A DNA stretch of 64,000 nucleotides, from positions 124,001-188,000 of IMG/VR virus record IMGVR_UViG_3300033182_000980. One strand, 5' to 3'. The notes below the pieces were generated by a model that was not told the origin of the DNA, did not search any database, and saw only the letters and a list, made by a program, of their open reading frames with translations. A program made the position numbers and the translations under genes. The number at the start of each line of letters is the position of its first letter. Positions within the stretch are counted from its first letter, which is position 1. Of this stretch, positions 1-9,524 are shown piece by piece.

Positions 1-1338
1 GCGGCAGGTGGTGTGACCTTTAGTGTGACCACAGCAGGTGCTGTCACCTCAATTGGAGGTATTACTGATACCACCGTTGCTTCATCTTTCGCATCGGGAA
101 CTACCCTTGGTAATGTGACTTACAGCAATAATGAGATTGCTGGGGCAGACAATCAAGACTTGACGATTAAATCCGAGCAAGACTTAATCTTCCAAGTAGA
201 CTCCGATCAAGTGGGCGATGTTGCTGGTAATAACTCATTCTTCTTTAAGAATGGTGGTGCTGGTACGATTCTTACTCTTGCAGAGTCGGGTGATCTCACC
301 ACAACAGGTAATCTTACTGTTGCGACCGCTAAGAGCATTACGCTTAATAGTGGTGCGGCAGGTGCAGATGCTGACATCATTGTAGATCGTACAGATGGAA
401 ATAATGCTATCTTACGATGGGTTGAAGCCAATGACCGATTTGAGGTGGATAACGCTACGGGTGCTTTCTACAAGCTCTTAACCGAGAACGATACGCTCTT
501 TAACATTGATGTAGACGGTGATAATAACACCCTTGCAATATCGCAAGACCCCACACACACAATCCTCTTCAAAGGTTCTAATGTTGCGGACAATCAAGGT
601 CTTATCTTTACACTCGATGGGGATACGATTGAGCTTGGTTTTGAAGCTACTGTAAAGATGCCTGGTGCTTTGACACTTGGTGCAGGTGATGTGACTGCTG
701 TCAATGTGGTTGCAACCACTCAATTCTACGGACCAGAAGCGGTATTGACAAATGATCTTCAGATTAGATCGTCTGCTGATAATAGCTCTGCTAAGACTGC
801 AATCCTTCTCAATAGCAATCAAGCAGGCAACCCTGCCGCTACCGAGGATGTTTCGATTGAGGTGGAGCGTGGTGATGACCCTAATGCCAAGTTTACTTGG
901 GATGAGGGTGATTTGCGTTGGACTTTGACTCAAGGTCCAGATGCTTCTCAATATACGAAGGCGATTGTCACAACACAGCGTTCAGAGGGTGCTAGACCAG
1001 AGACTGTTGGCACTTCTAACAATGGAGGTGGTGGTGATCTTGAGTTCGGTACAGCGGTAGCGAATCGTCTTGACCTTACTGCTCAACAGCCTACTGCTAA
1101 TGAGAACGAGCATATCTACTTCCTAGATAACAATGGCACAAGTGGTACTGTTGATCTCTTTACTCTCGCAGGTACAACCTACAATGGCTACAAGATCAAC
1201 TTTGTGAACATTGATACAGTTGATATGGTCATTGACGCTAATGCGGCTCAAACCATTAATGGTCAGCTCACTCAAACCATTCCAGCAGGTGGAAATCTCA
1301 CCATCGTTGCCTTTGGTACTTCTTGGTATATCCTTTAA
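1..1338 (+). CDS. Tail fibre / virion structural protein, 5'-partial
   Basis: Frame is open from base 1. G/A/T/N/D-rich beta-type sequence; C-terminus TINGQLTQTIPAGGNLTIVAFGTSWYIL resembles phage fibre C-terminal domains. Confidence 0.6.
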   Translation, partial: AAGGVTFSVTTAGAVTSIGGITDTTVASSFASGTTLGNVTYSNNEIAGADNQDLTIKSEQDLIFQVDSDQVGDVAGNNSFFFKNGGAGTILTLAESGDLTTTGNLTVATAKSITLNSGAAGADADIIVDRTDGNNAILRWVEANDRFEVDNATGAFYKLLTENDTLFNIDVDGDNNTLAISQDPTHTILFKGSNVADNQGLIFTLDGDTIELGFEATVKMPGALTLGAGDVTAVNVVATTQFYGPEAVLTNDLQIRSSADNSSAKTAILLNSNQAGNPAATEDVSIEVERGDDPNAKFTWDEGDLRWTLTQGPDASQYTKAIVTTQRSEGARPETVGTSNNGGGGDLEFGTAVANRLDLTAQQPTANENEHIYFLDNNGTSGTVDLFTLAGTTYNGYKINFVNIDTVDMVIDANAAQTINGQLTQTIPAGGNLTIVAFGTSWYIL

Positions 1339-1366
1339 GCAACGATTTAGAATAGGAGGTTGAGAC

Positions 1367-1702
1367 ATGACTTTTTTAATAGATAACAGTCGCATTTCAG
1401 TATCAGAAGTGACCGATGACTATACTTTAGCATTGGGCGATGAGGGTAGTTTGATTCAGATCAACGCAGGTGTCGCTAAGACGATCACTATCCCTCTGAA
1501 CGCTAATGTGGCTTTCCCTATCGGCACTCAGATTAGGTTCTCACGAAAAGGTGCTGGGCAACCGATTATTTCGGGGGGTGGTGTTGTCACCGTAAACTCT
1601 GACGGAAGTCAAAATCAGATTTCTCCACAACACGCAGTAGCGACAATCGTAAAGGTCGATACTGATGAGTGGATCTTGTTTGGCTCTCTAACAGGAGCGT
1701 GA
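1367..1702 (+). CDS. Tail-fibre-associated small domain protein (paralog 1)
   Basis: DYTLALGDEG...ITIPLNANVAFPIGTQI...GAG...ATIVKVDTDEWILFGSL is a recurrent phage fibre module; RBS GGAGG. Confidence 0.65.
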   Translation: MTFLIDNSRISVSEVTDDYTLALGDEGSLIQINAGVAKTITIPLNANVAFPIGTQIRFSRKGAGQPIISGGGVVTVNSDGSQNQISPQHAVATIVKVDTDEWILFGSLTGA

Positions 1703-1705
1703 TAG

Positions 1706-2041
1706 ATGACTTACTTAGTTGAAAAAGAGCGAGTCTCTACCAATACCCAGACTGAAAACTATACCCTTGCCCTCTCTGATGGTGGGGGTTTGGTTGATAT
1801 GAACAATGGTGCGGCTCGGACGATTACTGTTCCTGCTAATGGTACTGTTGCGTTCCCTCTCGGCACTCAGATTATTCTTGTGCGTAAGGGTGATGGTACA
1901 CTTCAAGTGGTGGCGGCAGGTGGAGTGACCATTAACTCTGTAAGTAATAATACTTATATATCTACTCGATATGGAGCGGCAACGCTTGTAAAGATTGCAA
2001 CAAACGAGTGGTACTTATTTGGCGATTTAACTGGAGCGTAA
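1706..2041 (+). CDS. Tail-fibre-associated small domain protein (paralog 2)
   Basis: Same length (111 aa) as 1367..1702 and aligns with it: YTLAL.D.G, VAFP.GTQI, AT.VK..T.EW.LFG.LTGA. Confidence 0.65.
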   Translation: MTYLVEKERVSTNTQTENYTLALSDGGGLVDMNNGAARTITVPANGTVAFPLGTQIILVRKGDGTLQVVAAGGVTINSVSNNTYISTRYGAATLVKIATNEWYLFGDLTGA

Positions 2042-2078
2042 TGCCTATAAGCTGAAACCACTATAAAGGATACTGAAT

Positions 2079-2795
2079 ATGATTAAAACATTTCATGGCG
2101 TAGTGGTTTCAGCGAGAGGTAGTTTTAGGGGCATAGTGACGGATAACCTAGTCCTCCACTATAACACCTTTAACACCGACTCATATCAAGACGGAGACGG
2201 TGCTGTCATCACCGACATCTCTGGTAATGGGTTGAATGGGTCGATCTCTGGAGCTCCCAACTTTAGTGGAAGCTATTTCACCTTTGTAAACGACTACATC
2301 ACCACAGCGAATCTGAACACTTCTCTGACAGAGGTTCACTCCACAGAGCTATGGATTTACCCTACGAACAATGGGGTAGTCATGCAAGCCAACGCTCAAG
2401 CCGCACCCAATCAAAACTACCACCACACCTCAATAGAAATCGTGGCTGGTAATCTTGAGTTTGGTTTGTGGAATGGAGTAGGGATAACCTCAACAGGTGC
2501 TACGGATGCGATAGCGTTTAATCAATGGCATCAAGTAGTCTTGACTTATAATGGGGCAACAGTAAAGGGCTACCTTAATGGTGAGTTCTCTGGGTCTGTA
2601 AATGTAGCTTGGGACTCACCCGAAGAAGATACAGGGAACTTCTACTACAACTTTGGTTATCAAGACGCAACTAACCAAGGTGACGGTACGCATTTCGATG
2701 GACGATTTGGGATTATGAGAGTTTACAGCGTGGAACTAACAGCCTCCCAAATTGCTCAAAACTACAACTCGGCCACAGACAATGTGATCGTTTAA
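2079..2795 (+). CDS. LamG/concanavalin-A-like domain protein, putative receptor-binding
   Basis: NLVLHY, DISGNG.NG, S.ELWIYP, NQWHQVVLTYNG, YLNG, G.FGIMRVYS.ELT..QI.QNY. Confidence 0.75.
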   Translation: MIKTFHGVVVSARGSFRGIVTDNLVLHYNTFNTDSYQDGDGAVITDISGNGLNGSISGAPNFSGSYFTFVNDYITTANLNTSLTEVHSTELWIYPTNNGVVMQANAQAAPNQNYHHTSIEIVAGNLEFGLWNGVGITSTGATDAIAFNQWHQVVLTYNGATVKGYLNGEFSGSVNVAWDSPEEDTGNFYYNFGYQDATNQGDGTHFDGRFGIMRVYSVELTASQIAQNYNSATDNVIV

Positions 2796-2807
2796 GGGGT
2801 TATAGAT

Positions 2808-3389
2808 ATGATAAAATCATTACATGGGGTTGTTGCAGTCAGAACACCTTTAACGAACAATGTGACCAATGTGCGTATCTTTAGCACTCACGCAGGAAAT
2901 GGTGCGACTAACCTATATGCAGATTACCCTAATACGACAAACGCCTTTAATAATCTCTTTGACGCAAACAATGCGAACACGAGCTTACATTGGTCGGGTA
3001 GCTTGAGTGGGTCTACCTCTTTGAACTGGAATATCTTCACCACCTTAACAAATGCGGGTGCGAATGTACCAAACGCAGGAAGCTACTTTTCGGTTGAGGT
3101 GACTTTCATCTTCGTCCCTAAAGAGACAGGTACTTACTCTTTCTCGATTGACTCGGATGATGGGTCGGACTTATTTATAGATGGGAATGTGGTAGCCACC
3201 TATTATGGGGGTCATGGTACAGGACAAGGGTTGGGTACAGGCAACTACGCTGTGGTAGCTGGTGAGCGATATACTGTTGTAGCTAGGGCACAGGAGTATG
3301 AAGGTGGGGAAGGTTTGATCGTACAATGGCAACGCCCTTCACAGGGGGCGAGGTCATTACAGACAAGCGAGATATATCAGCCCACTTAA
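2808..3389 (+). CDS. PA14-domain protein, putative carbohydrate-binding
   Basis: FVPKETGTYSFSIDSDDGSDLFIDGNVV...GGHG...QEYEGGEGLIVQW is the PA14 signature. Confidence 0.75.
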   Translation: MIKSLHGVVAVRTPLTNNVTNVRIFSTHAGNGATNLYADYPNTTNAFNNLFDANNANTSLHWSGSLSGSTSLNWNIFTTLTNAGANVPNAGSYFSVEVTFIFVPKETGTYSFSIDSDDGSDLFIDGNVVATYYGGHGTGQGLGTGNYAVVAGERYTVVARAQEYEGGEGLIVQWQRPSQGARSLQTSEIYQPT

Positions 3390-3815
3390 AGCGACACATG
3401 AGAGCTGGACGATAGTGAGGTGTTTGGTTTCTAATCCCCATGCTTCGCTGTATCTCTTGATGTCGCTTGTAGGGCTAAAGACAAATGAGCCTCTGATCGT
3501 ATCAACCAGCCCTCCCCCGACCAAGATGACCCAGAACAGATCGAGGTCATGGGTGAATGGGAAGAGGATTAAGGCGAGGGCATCTGGTATTCGTGGTGCA
3601 AAAGAAATCCATGCCTTTTGATCTAGGGTCATGGTTTCTTTTTCATACTCGTAGCTCACAGAGGCGAACACAAAGCCGAGTCTTGGGTGGTTATGAGGAT
3701 AGATCCTCATGGTGTAAGACTTGACCCCTACGAGCTTTTTAGCTGTTAGTAGGTGAGCGTACTCGTGTATATAAGCCCAGACGAAATAGGATAGGATAGC
3801 GTACAAAACGAACAT
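3357..3815 (-). CDS. Membrane zinc metallopeptidase-like protein (M50/zincin-like)
   Basis: HEYAH (HExxH) at the end of a hydrophobic helix, plus further TM segments. Start reassigned to ATG 3815, which has a GGAG RBS. Confidence 0.55.
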   Translation of the reverse strand: MFVLYAILSYFVWAYIHEYAHLLTAKKLVGVKSYTMRIYPHNHPRLGFVFASVSYEYEKETMTLDQKAWISFAPRIPDALALILFPFTHDLDLFWVILVGGGLVDTIRGSFVFSPTSDIKRYSEAWGLETKHLTIVQLSCVALSGLIYLACL

Positions 3816-3872
3816 GGGATCTCCTTTTTGTTTGGTTTTGCAGATATGATGGTAATATGGGGGTGCGATTTT

Positions 3873-3884
3873 TAGTTTGTTTAT
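3873..3884 (+). promoter_or_regulatory. Motif B (TAGTTTNTTTAT), putative late promoter
   Basis: TAGTTTGTTTAT upstream of ORF 3933; one of 8 exact-consensus copies. Confidence 0.55.
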
Positions 3885-3932
3885 AGGTAGAGTATAGACA
3901 ACACTAATACTACACCAATGGAGTATAAATAA

Positions 3933-4889
3933 ATGAGTGACTTTACATTCAAAAAAGGAACATTCGTCCAACTCAAGGCAAACTCAACCATCCATCTTGG
4001 TCGCCTTGAGAGGAACATCTATGAGGGAGACATCGTTGAGTTTGACGGCTTCTCTTTGAAGTTCAATGGTCAGCAGACAGATATGCCAGAGCTTAAGGCA
4101 GGCTTAAAGAGAGGGTGGCTTGCTCTTGTTGAAGAAGGTGCAAGCGAGCCTGTTGCGGAAGTTGCTCCTACTCCTGTCGCTCCAGCTAAGAAGGAGATGC
4201 CTGTTCAGACTGTTTACGATGAGGAAAGGGCTGTTGCAGAGGTCAACCCACAGACAGAGGAAGCACCTAAGAAGTTCCCTCTTGTTGTTGAGAGCCAAGA
4301 TGACGACATCCGACCTGTGGCTAAGGTAGAGAATAAGTCTGGAGCAGACATCGCTGGAGCTTCTAGTGCAGGTGATGGTGTTGCCGAGTCTCAAGGGGCA
4401 GAGTCTGTGAGTGCGATTAAGCTCAAGACAGCGGCGAACACCAAGACTGTAATCTCGGACGGATCACAAGCTAGTGCCGAGATTTCTAAGCTCGACAATA
4501 TGCAAGCATCAGTGACCAAGACTGCGGCTCAAGAGCCTGTCGTTGAGGAAGAAGTCGTTGAGGAGGAGGACGATCTCTTTGCTGACATGGAGATTGAGAT
4601 TGAGGAAGTAGATGAAGTAGATGAGCAAGATTTGGAAAACGCTCAAATCCTTCAAGCGATTGATGGGGATGTTGATCCTGCACAGGGAGCAGTCGCAGTC
4701 GGTAAGGACAACTCAAAGATCAAAGTCTTACCAGGTGGTATCGAGTGGGACACCTCTAAGCACTGGAGCAAGAGAGCTAAGATTGCCCTAGAGATGTACG
4801 GTGATGACCAAGCAACTCTTGATGCAATCATGGCTGTTGAGACTAAGGGTGTTATCACAGCGATCCAAAAGGGTCTTGAGGAGGGCTAA
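3933..4889 (+). CDS. Hypothetical acidic protein
   Basis: 318-aa ORF with globular ends and an E/D/A-rich low-complexity middle. Confidence 0.7.
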   Translation: MSDFTFKKGTFVQLKANSTIHLGRLERNIYEGDIVEFDGFSLKFNGQQTDMPELKAGLKRGWLALVEEGASEPVAEVAPTPVAPAKKEMPVQTVYDEERAVAEVNPQTEEAPKKFPLVVESQDDDIRPVAKVENKSGADIAGASSAGDGVAESQGAESVSAIKLKTAANTKTVISDGSQASAEISKLDNMQASVTKTAAQEPVVEEEVVEEEDDLFADMEIEIEEVDEVDEQDLENAQILQAIDGDVDPAQGAVAVGKDNSKIKVLPGGIEWDTSKHWSKRAKIALEMYGDDQATLDAIMAVETKGVITAIQKGLEEG

Positions 4890-5284
4890 GGCTTTCCATT
4901 CTGTTCGTACCATACTTTCCTTAAGTTTATTAAAAACTCTTGGAAGTAAGGTATGAATAGATCATCAACACGCATTTGGTAATGTATCCAGTCATGCTTG
5001 GCTGTTGGGTAGCATACCATATGCGTTTTGATCTCTGTTGAAGCAGAGGTACACACCTTTACTATGGTGGCTTGAACACCATGTATTGAACACGCAAACT
5101 CTTCTGTTGGGGGTTCGTTGTTCGGTTGGGGTATGAGGTTATATGTCGGGTCATATTGTGATCCACATTCCTCGCTGATCTTTATCAGAACCTCTCTAAA
5201 AGAGGGGTTCTTCATTTGCCACCAGCGATAATAGGAATGTTCACATATTACTCGCTTGTTGTCCTCTACTGTGGTTATATCCAT
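4886..5284 (-). CDS. Hypothetical protein
   Basis: ORF track only; start uncertain. Confidence 0.45.
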   Translation of the reverse strand: MDITTVEDNKRVICEHSYYRWWQMKNPSFREVLIKISEECGSQYDPTYNLIPQPNNEPPTEEFACSIHGVQATIVKVCTSASTEIKTHMVCYPTAKHDWIHYQMRVDDLFIPYFQEFLINLRKVWYEQNGKP

Positions 5285-5591
5285 TCCACTCTTTCCTATA
5301 TGTGTCTATAAAGTCATTTAGGGTATCTTTCATTGAACCCTTATATGACACACGCTTGCCAAAGACACTTAGGGTGAGGTTTTCGTAGGCATTGTAGGTC
5401 GCAGAGACATGGACACCGTGTAGATCACCTTTGATGTACCAAGGGTCATCTCCCCTTAGAGGTTCAACCCCCTCGGACTCTTCCATACCTAGCTCATAAA
5501 AGAGCTGATCTGTATAGGCATATTTGAAGTGATTGCTGTCAAGCAAATCATTGTCTACCAGTGTTTTTCCATTTTTCTTCGTGGTAATCAT
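5241..5591 (-). CDS. Hypothetical protein
   Basis: RBS AAGGAGG; motif A upstream. Confidence 0.65.
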   Translation of the reverse strand: MITTKKNGKTLVDNDLLDSNHFKYAYTDQLFYELGMEESEGVEPLRGDDPWYIKGDLHGVHVSATYNAYENLTLSVFGKRVSYKGSMKDTLNDFIDTYRKEWNGYNHSRGQQASNM

Positions 5592-5616
5592 AAATCGTTC
5601 CTCCTTATGGTTTCAT

Positions 5617-5633
5617 TATAGATAAAGGGTTAC
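5617..5633 (-). promoter_or_regulatory. Motif A variant (GTAACCCTTTATCTATA)
   Basis: One mismatch to GTAACCCCTTATCTATA; upstream of ORF starting at 5591. Confidence 0.55.
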
Positions 5634-5637
5634 ACAC

Positions 5638-6912
5638 ATGATAGCTCGATATGCTTGTCCCCAGATTGAAAGTATCTTCAGCCCGATCCATCGTTTGAGG
5701 ATCTTTGTCGAAATCGAGAGACTTTTTTGTTCGAGTCAAGGATGTCCAGATTCAATCCTTGAGGATTTCTCGAAGGTAGACCTTGAACTGCTCCTTAAAG
5801 ATTTGGCTGTTAAGGAAAAAGAAACCCGACATGAGACGGTCGCTTTCATACAGGCTCTAGGGCTTCAGATGAGTAAGGAGTCCTTGCCTTATCTTCATAA
5901 GGGGGCAACCTCGTCTGACATCCTTGACACTTGTCTTGCAACACAGATGATGAACGCTTCTGATGTTGTCATTCAAAAGATTGAGTATCTTCTTGAAACG
6001 CTCAAGAAGAAGGCGATTGAATATAAAGACACTCCCATCTTAGGACGCTCTCATGGGATGTCGGGTGAGATCACGAGCTTTGGGGTTATCTTGCTTGGGT
6101 TTTATTCAGAGTGGACTCGAAACTTAGAACGCATGAAGAGAGCACAAGAAGAAATCTCTGTCGGGAAAGTATCTGGTGCTATGGGGAACTATGTTCATAT
6201 AGACCCTCAAATCGAGAAAACAATATGCAAGGCTCTAGGGCTTGATTTTGAGCCTGTTTCGACTCAAGTAATACCAAGAGATAGACACGCATACTTTATG
6301 AGCGTATTGGGCATTTTAGGGGCATCTATGGAACGCTTATCCATAGAGGTGAGAAACTTATCACAGTCTCTCATACAAGAAGTGGCAGAAGGGTTCGGTA
6401 AAGATCAAACAGGATCATCAGCTATGCCCCATAAAAGAAATCCAATCCTGTCCGAGAACCTAACTGGACTAGCTCGTATGATCCGATCTTATGTTCAGCC
6501 TAGCCTTGAGAATGTATCTCTTTGGTATGAACGAGATATGAGTCATTCATCTGTAGAGCGTATTGCCATAGAGGACTCCCTACATCTCGTTTGCTTTGGT
6601 CTAAGCAGACTTAATGGGGTTATCAAGAACCTTTATGTAGACGCAGACAGGATGGCTCATAATATAGACCAAGTTAAAGGGTCTTATTTGAGTCAGACTT
6701 GTCTCTTGTTCCTCATGGACAAGGGGTACGCTAGAGATGATGCGTATAAGGTAGTCCAAGAGATGACCCTTTATGGTCAGAAAGATCTCCTTGATGTTTT
6801 ACAAGGGGTCAAAGAGGCGGGTCATTTGACGCAAGAGGAGTTAGATCAGATCACTTCGAGAGATCGCTTTTTAGCTCGGACGAGCTTGATCTTCTCTAGG
6901 TTCGGTCTTTGA
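5638..6912 (+). CDS. purB: Adenylosuccinate lyase
   Basis: Fumarase-superfamily signature GSSAMPHKRNP, plus H.GATSSDI.DT, GRSHG and ERDMSHSSVER; full length at 424 aa. Confidence 0.95.
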   Translation: MIARYACPQIESIFSPIHRLRIFVEIERLFCSSQGCPDSILEDFSKVDLELLLKDLAVKEKETRHETVAFIQALGLQMSKESLPYLHKGATSSDILDTCLATQMMNASDVVIQKIEYLLETLKKKAIEYKDTPILGRSHGMSGEITSFGVILLGFYSEWTRNLERMKRAQEEISVGKVSGAMGNYVHIDPQIEKTICKALGLDFEPVSTQVIPRDRHAYFMSVLGILGASMERLSIEVRNLSQSLIQEVAEGFGKDQTGSSAMPHKRNPILSENLTGLARMIRSYVQPSLENVSLWYERDMSHSSVERIAIEDSLHLVCFGLSRLNGVIKNLYVDADRMAHNIDQVKGSYLSQTCLLFLMDKGYARDDAYKVVQEMTLYGQKDLLDVLQGVKEAGHLTQEELDQITSRDRFLARTSLIFSRFGL

Positions 6913-7006
6913 TCCACCCTCTTGGTCTGGCTTCTCTTCTTTTTTGGGTTTGTTCATGTGTTTGATTACTTCAAGACACCACATAAGGCATTTCCTTTCC
7001 GAAAGG

Positions 7007-7750
7007 TTATTTTCCCTTGCCCCCATTACGAGAGTCAAAGACCGAAGCCATAGCTGATCCTAATATACCTGTTAAGACCAATAAAACACGCTCAATCATA
7101 GCCAGAGAGTCTTTCGCTTCATTATTGCCTGTAATCCATGAGGTGATGATGAGCAAACCTAGCATGGTGACTAATCCCACTGTGCCATTGAACAACTGAC
7201 GCAATAGGGTGATCTGTCCAGTCAGCTTCTTCTCTTGTAGTAGGGCATACTCGGCTTTGGATTTATCTTCTTCAGCTTTCTTCTTCATCTCCTCAAGCTC
7301 AAGAAGCGTAGCCTTGTTCTCTTCAATGATCTGCTCAAGCTCGCTTTGTGTCTTTAACTCCTCTGATCTGTCTGCAAAGACAGCGACAAAGTATCTCTCC
7401 TCGCTGTTTTTTATGTCGGCCACATTCGCTTTAACAGGAACAACAGAACCATCTTTTTTGACTGCTTCGAGATTTCTCCAGTTACCCATGATGCCATGAC
7501 GCTTACCATTGGTCGCTCCCTTGTAGCTCTTAACATACCCCCTATGGTTATCCCCTATGTTAGAGGGCATAAGACTTCTAACATCTAAGCCGACCATCTC
7601 TTGATGTAGATAACCGAACATCATTGAAGCTGGTAGGTTAGCGTATCTAATAAATAGATCACCATTGCCCTCTTCTTGAGGATAATCACAAACGACAATA
7701 GCGATCTGTAAACGATCTCCCATCATCTCAAGTGTTTCGATAACTTTCAT
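7007..7750 (-). CDS. PAS-domain protein with coiled coil and two C-terminal TM helices
   Basis: MFGY...EMVG.DV..LMP...H.GY...KDGSVVPV...YFVAVF.D is a FixL-like PAS pattern; E/K-rich helix; two hydrophobic segments; RBS GGAG. Confidence 0.8.
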   Translation of the reverse strand: MKVIETLEMMGDRLQIAIVVCDYPQEEGNGDLFIRYANLPASMMFGYLHQEMVGLDVRSLMPSNIGDNHRGYVKSYKGATNGKRHGIMGNWRNLEAVKKDGSVVPVKANVADIKNSEERYFVAVFADRSEELKTQSELEQIIEENKATLLELEEMKKKAEEDKSKAEYALLQEKKLTGQITLLRQLFNGTVGLVTMLGLLIITSWITGNNEAKDSLAMIERVLLVLTGILGSAMASVFDSRNGGKGK

Positions 7751-7798
7751 TTGAAGCTCCCTTTGTTTTTTCTAACAAGGGGAGGCTTCATAAACGAG

Positions 7799-8443
7799 TT
7801 ATGAAAGACCTAACACCCCTTCAAGATTAGCACCCTCAAATACCACACCCTCTAAGATAGCACCCTTAAAACTCGTACCCTCTGATTGATAGTCATAATC
7901 CTCTGGACTAGAGCTAAGGTCACAGTCTTTGAAACTCGCCCCTGTAAGATCAGCATCCTCAAACTGTGCATGGGTAAGAGTTAATCCGTCAAACTTAGCA
8001 CCTCGAAGATTACACCCATCAAATAGAAGTCTAGGGTCTTGTAGATAACCATTCATACACTCGGACTCTGACTCCTCAAAGTCGTATACAATCCGAGTGT
8101 AGTCTACATCCTCAATAGTTGACCTTATGAAGTTTCCACCGTTGAACGCTGTCTGATTGAGCTTTACTCCTCTAAGATTACACCCTTCCATAATCGGCTC
8201 ATGGAACTTGGCATTATCAAAGGTTGCTCCTGTGAAGTCAGATCCTGTGAAGTCAACATCTTCTATGATGCAATCATCAAACCTAGCTCCCTTGAGGTTT
8301 AATCCTTTAAGACAGCATCCGATGAATGTTGAACCTCTTAGATCAGCACCCTCAAGGTTGGTATTTACAAAGTCTACATTTCTAAAAGTGCCTTTTCTTA
8401 AGTCAGCCCCTTTAAGATTGAGATTTTCAATCGTGTTGCTCAT
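7799..8443 (-). CDS. Pentapeptide repeat protein
   Basis: Tandem A(D/N)L/F-x-x pentapeptides (GADLR, GADLT, GANLE). Confidence 0.9.
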   Translation of the reverse strand: MSNTIENLNLKGADLRKGTFRNVDFVNTNLEGADLRGSTFIGCCLKGLNLKGARFDDCIIEDVDFTGSDFTGATFDNAKFHEPIMEGCNLRGVKLNQTAFNGGNFIRSTIEDVDYTRIVYDFEESESECMNGYLQDPRLLFDGCNLRGAKFDGLTLTHAQFEDADLTGASFKDCDLSSSPEDYDYQSEGTSFKGAILEGVVFEGANLEGVLGLS

Positions 8444-8735
8444 CTTTCCTCCAATGTGCTTTCATCTTTTCACGCACATTGGTTATATGTTTTAGTAGCT
8501 CGTCCATTTCTTTAAGTGTCTCAAATAACTCACCACGAGCCATTATGTGTAGAGGAAATACCACTAACCAAATACCTATCAAACAAGGTGCTAGGGTGAT
8601 CGGCACATAGTTCCCCTCGGAGAAAAAATAACACTCAATGAATAAGACAGCACTTAAAAAAACCCAAGCCATCTCCAACTTGAAGATGCGAGACTCGATT
8701 TCTTTTCGTTTACGGTAGAGCTGTTGTAAGGTCAT
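8427..8735 (-). CDS. Hypothetical membrane protein
   Basis: Two hydrophobic segments; overlaps both neighbours. Confidence 0.6.
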   Translation of the reverse strand: MTLQQLYRKRKEIESRIFKLEMAWVFLSAVLFIECYFFSEGNYVPITLAPCLIGIWLVVFPLHIMARGELFETLKEMDELLKHITNVREKMKAHWRKDEQHD

Positions 8736-9178
8736 ATTCCATCCTCCTCATAGTGTATCATTGGAGGCGGAATAACTTTTGGCTTTCTTATCCTTCGCTT
8801 TTGAGCGTGATTGATTATCGCCCAGTTGCCTTCCCCTACAAGTATCTCGATCTTTTCCCACTTGAAAAACGACTTTCGATCACCAGCTCTCATACTCGTG
8901 TTCGTAGTCTCGGTTCGTACTCTTAGGTCTTTTAAAGCTGTGATGCGAATGAGGCTACCTACAACTTTTTTAGTATAAAAAGACTTAACCCATTCTTCCC
9001 TTAACTTCCTTGCTGTCTCTTCTGGAAACACCACGACAGGTGGGTGTTCAAGGACAGGCATAGAGGTGTTGTCGGGTAGCTTAGGTAGCTCAAGTGGGGG
9101 CGGACAATACTCTTGAGCGAACGCTGTATTCATCATAAATAGCAAAGCAAATAGGTATCTCATTGTATATAATCCCAT
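8732..9178 (-). CDS. Hypothetical secreted protein
   Basis: Signal-peptide-like MRYLFALLFMMNTAFA. Confidence 0.55.
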   Translation of the reverse strand: MGLYTMRYLFALLFMMNTAFAQEYCPPPLELPKLPDNTSMPVLEHPPVVVFPEETARKLREEWVKSFYTKKVVGSLIRITALKDLRVRTETTNTSMRAGDRKSFFKWEKIEILVGEGNWAIINHAQKRRIRKPKVIPPPMIHYEEDGI

Positions 9179-9510
9179 AGGTTGATGAGGTCTTTGACTT
9201 CCATTTCTTTATCGTTAATAAATAAATAAAACTCTGGATGACCCATCCTTACTAAAAGAGTGAAGCTGTCTTTAGTCCATTCATAGCGAGTAAGACCACC
9301 CTCGGTCTTAATCGGTCTATTCAGACTGATGCCGACTTCCTTGAATGACCTGTTTATGAACCAAACCATCTCCATGAGAGTCCATCCACATTCCTCTTCA
9401 AGCAAGTTATTAAAGTGGTCAATGCCAGCTTTGTTCCATACCCTTTTCCCCTCATCATTGATCTCGGTAAGGGCATATTTAGGTAGTCTTAACTCTCTAC
9501 AGAAATCCAT
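9160..9510 (-). CDS. Hypothetical protein
   Basis: ORF packed in a same-strand gene run. Confidence 0.55.
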   Translation of the reverse strand: MDFCRELRLPKYALTEINDEGKRVWNKAGIDHFNNLLEEECGWTLMEMVWFINRSFKEVGISLNRPIKTEGGLTRYEWTKDSFTLLVRMGHPEFYLFINDKEMEVKDLINLWDYIQ

Positions 9511-9524
9511 TAAATAAATCCGTC

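Noticed and set aside
1-3389. Diversity-generating retroelement acting on the receptor-binding genes
   Set aside because: No reverse transcriptase and no template/variable repeat pair seen in the window.
5638-6912. Host-chromosome contamination to explain purB and the pyr genes
   Set aside because: Each is flanked by phage-type genes and phage promoter motifs and is not in a bacterial operon context.
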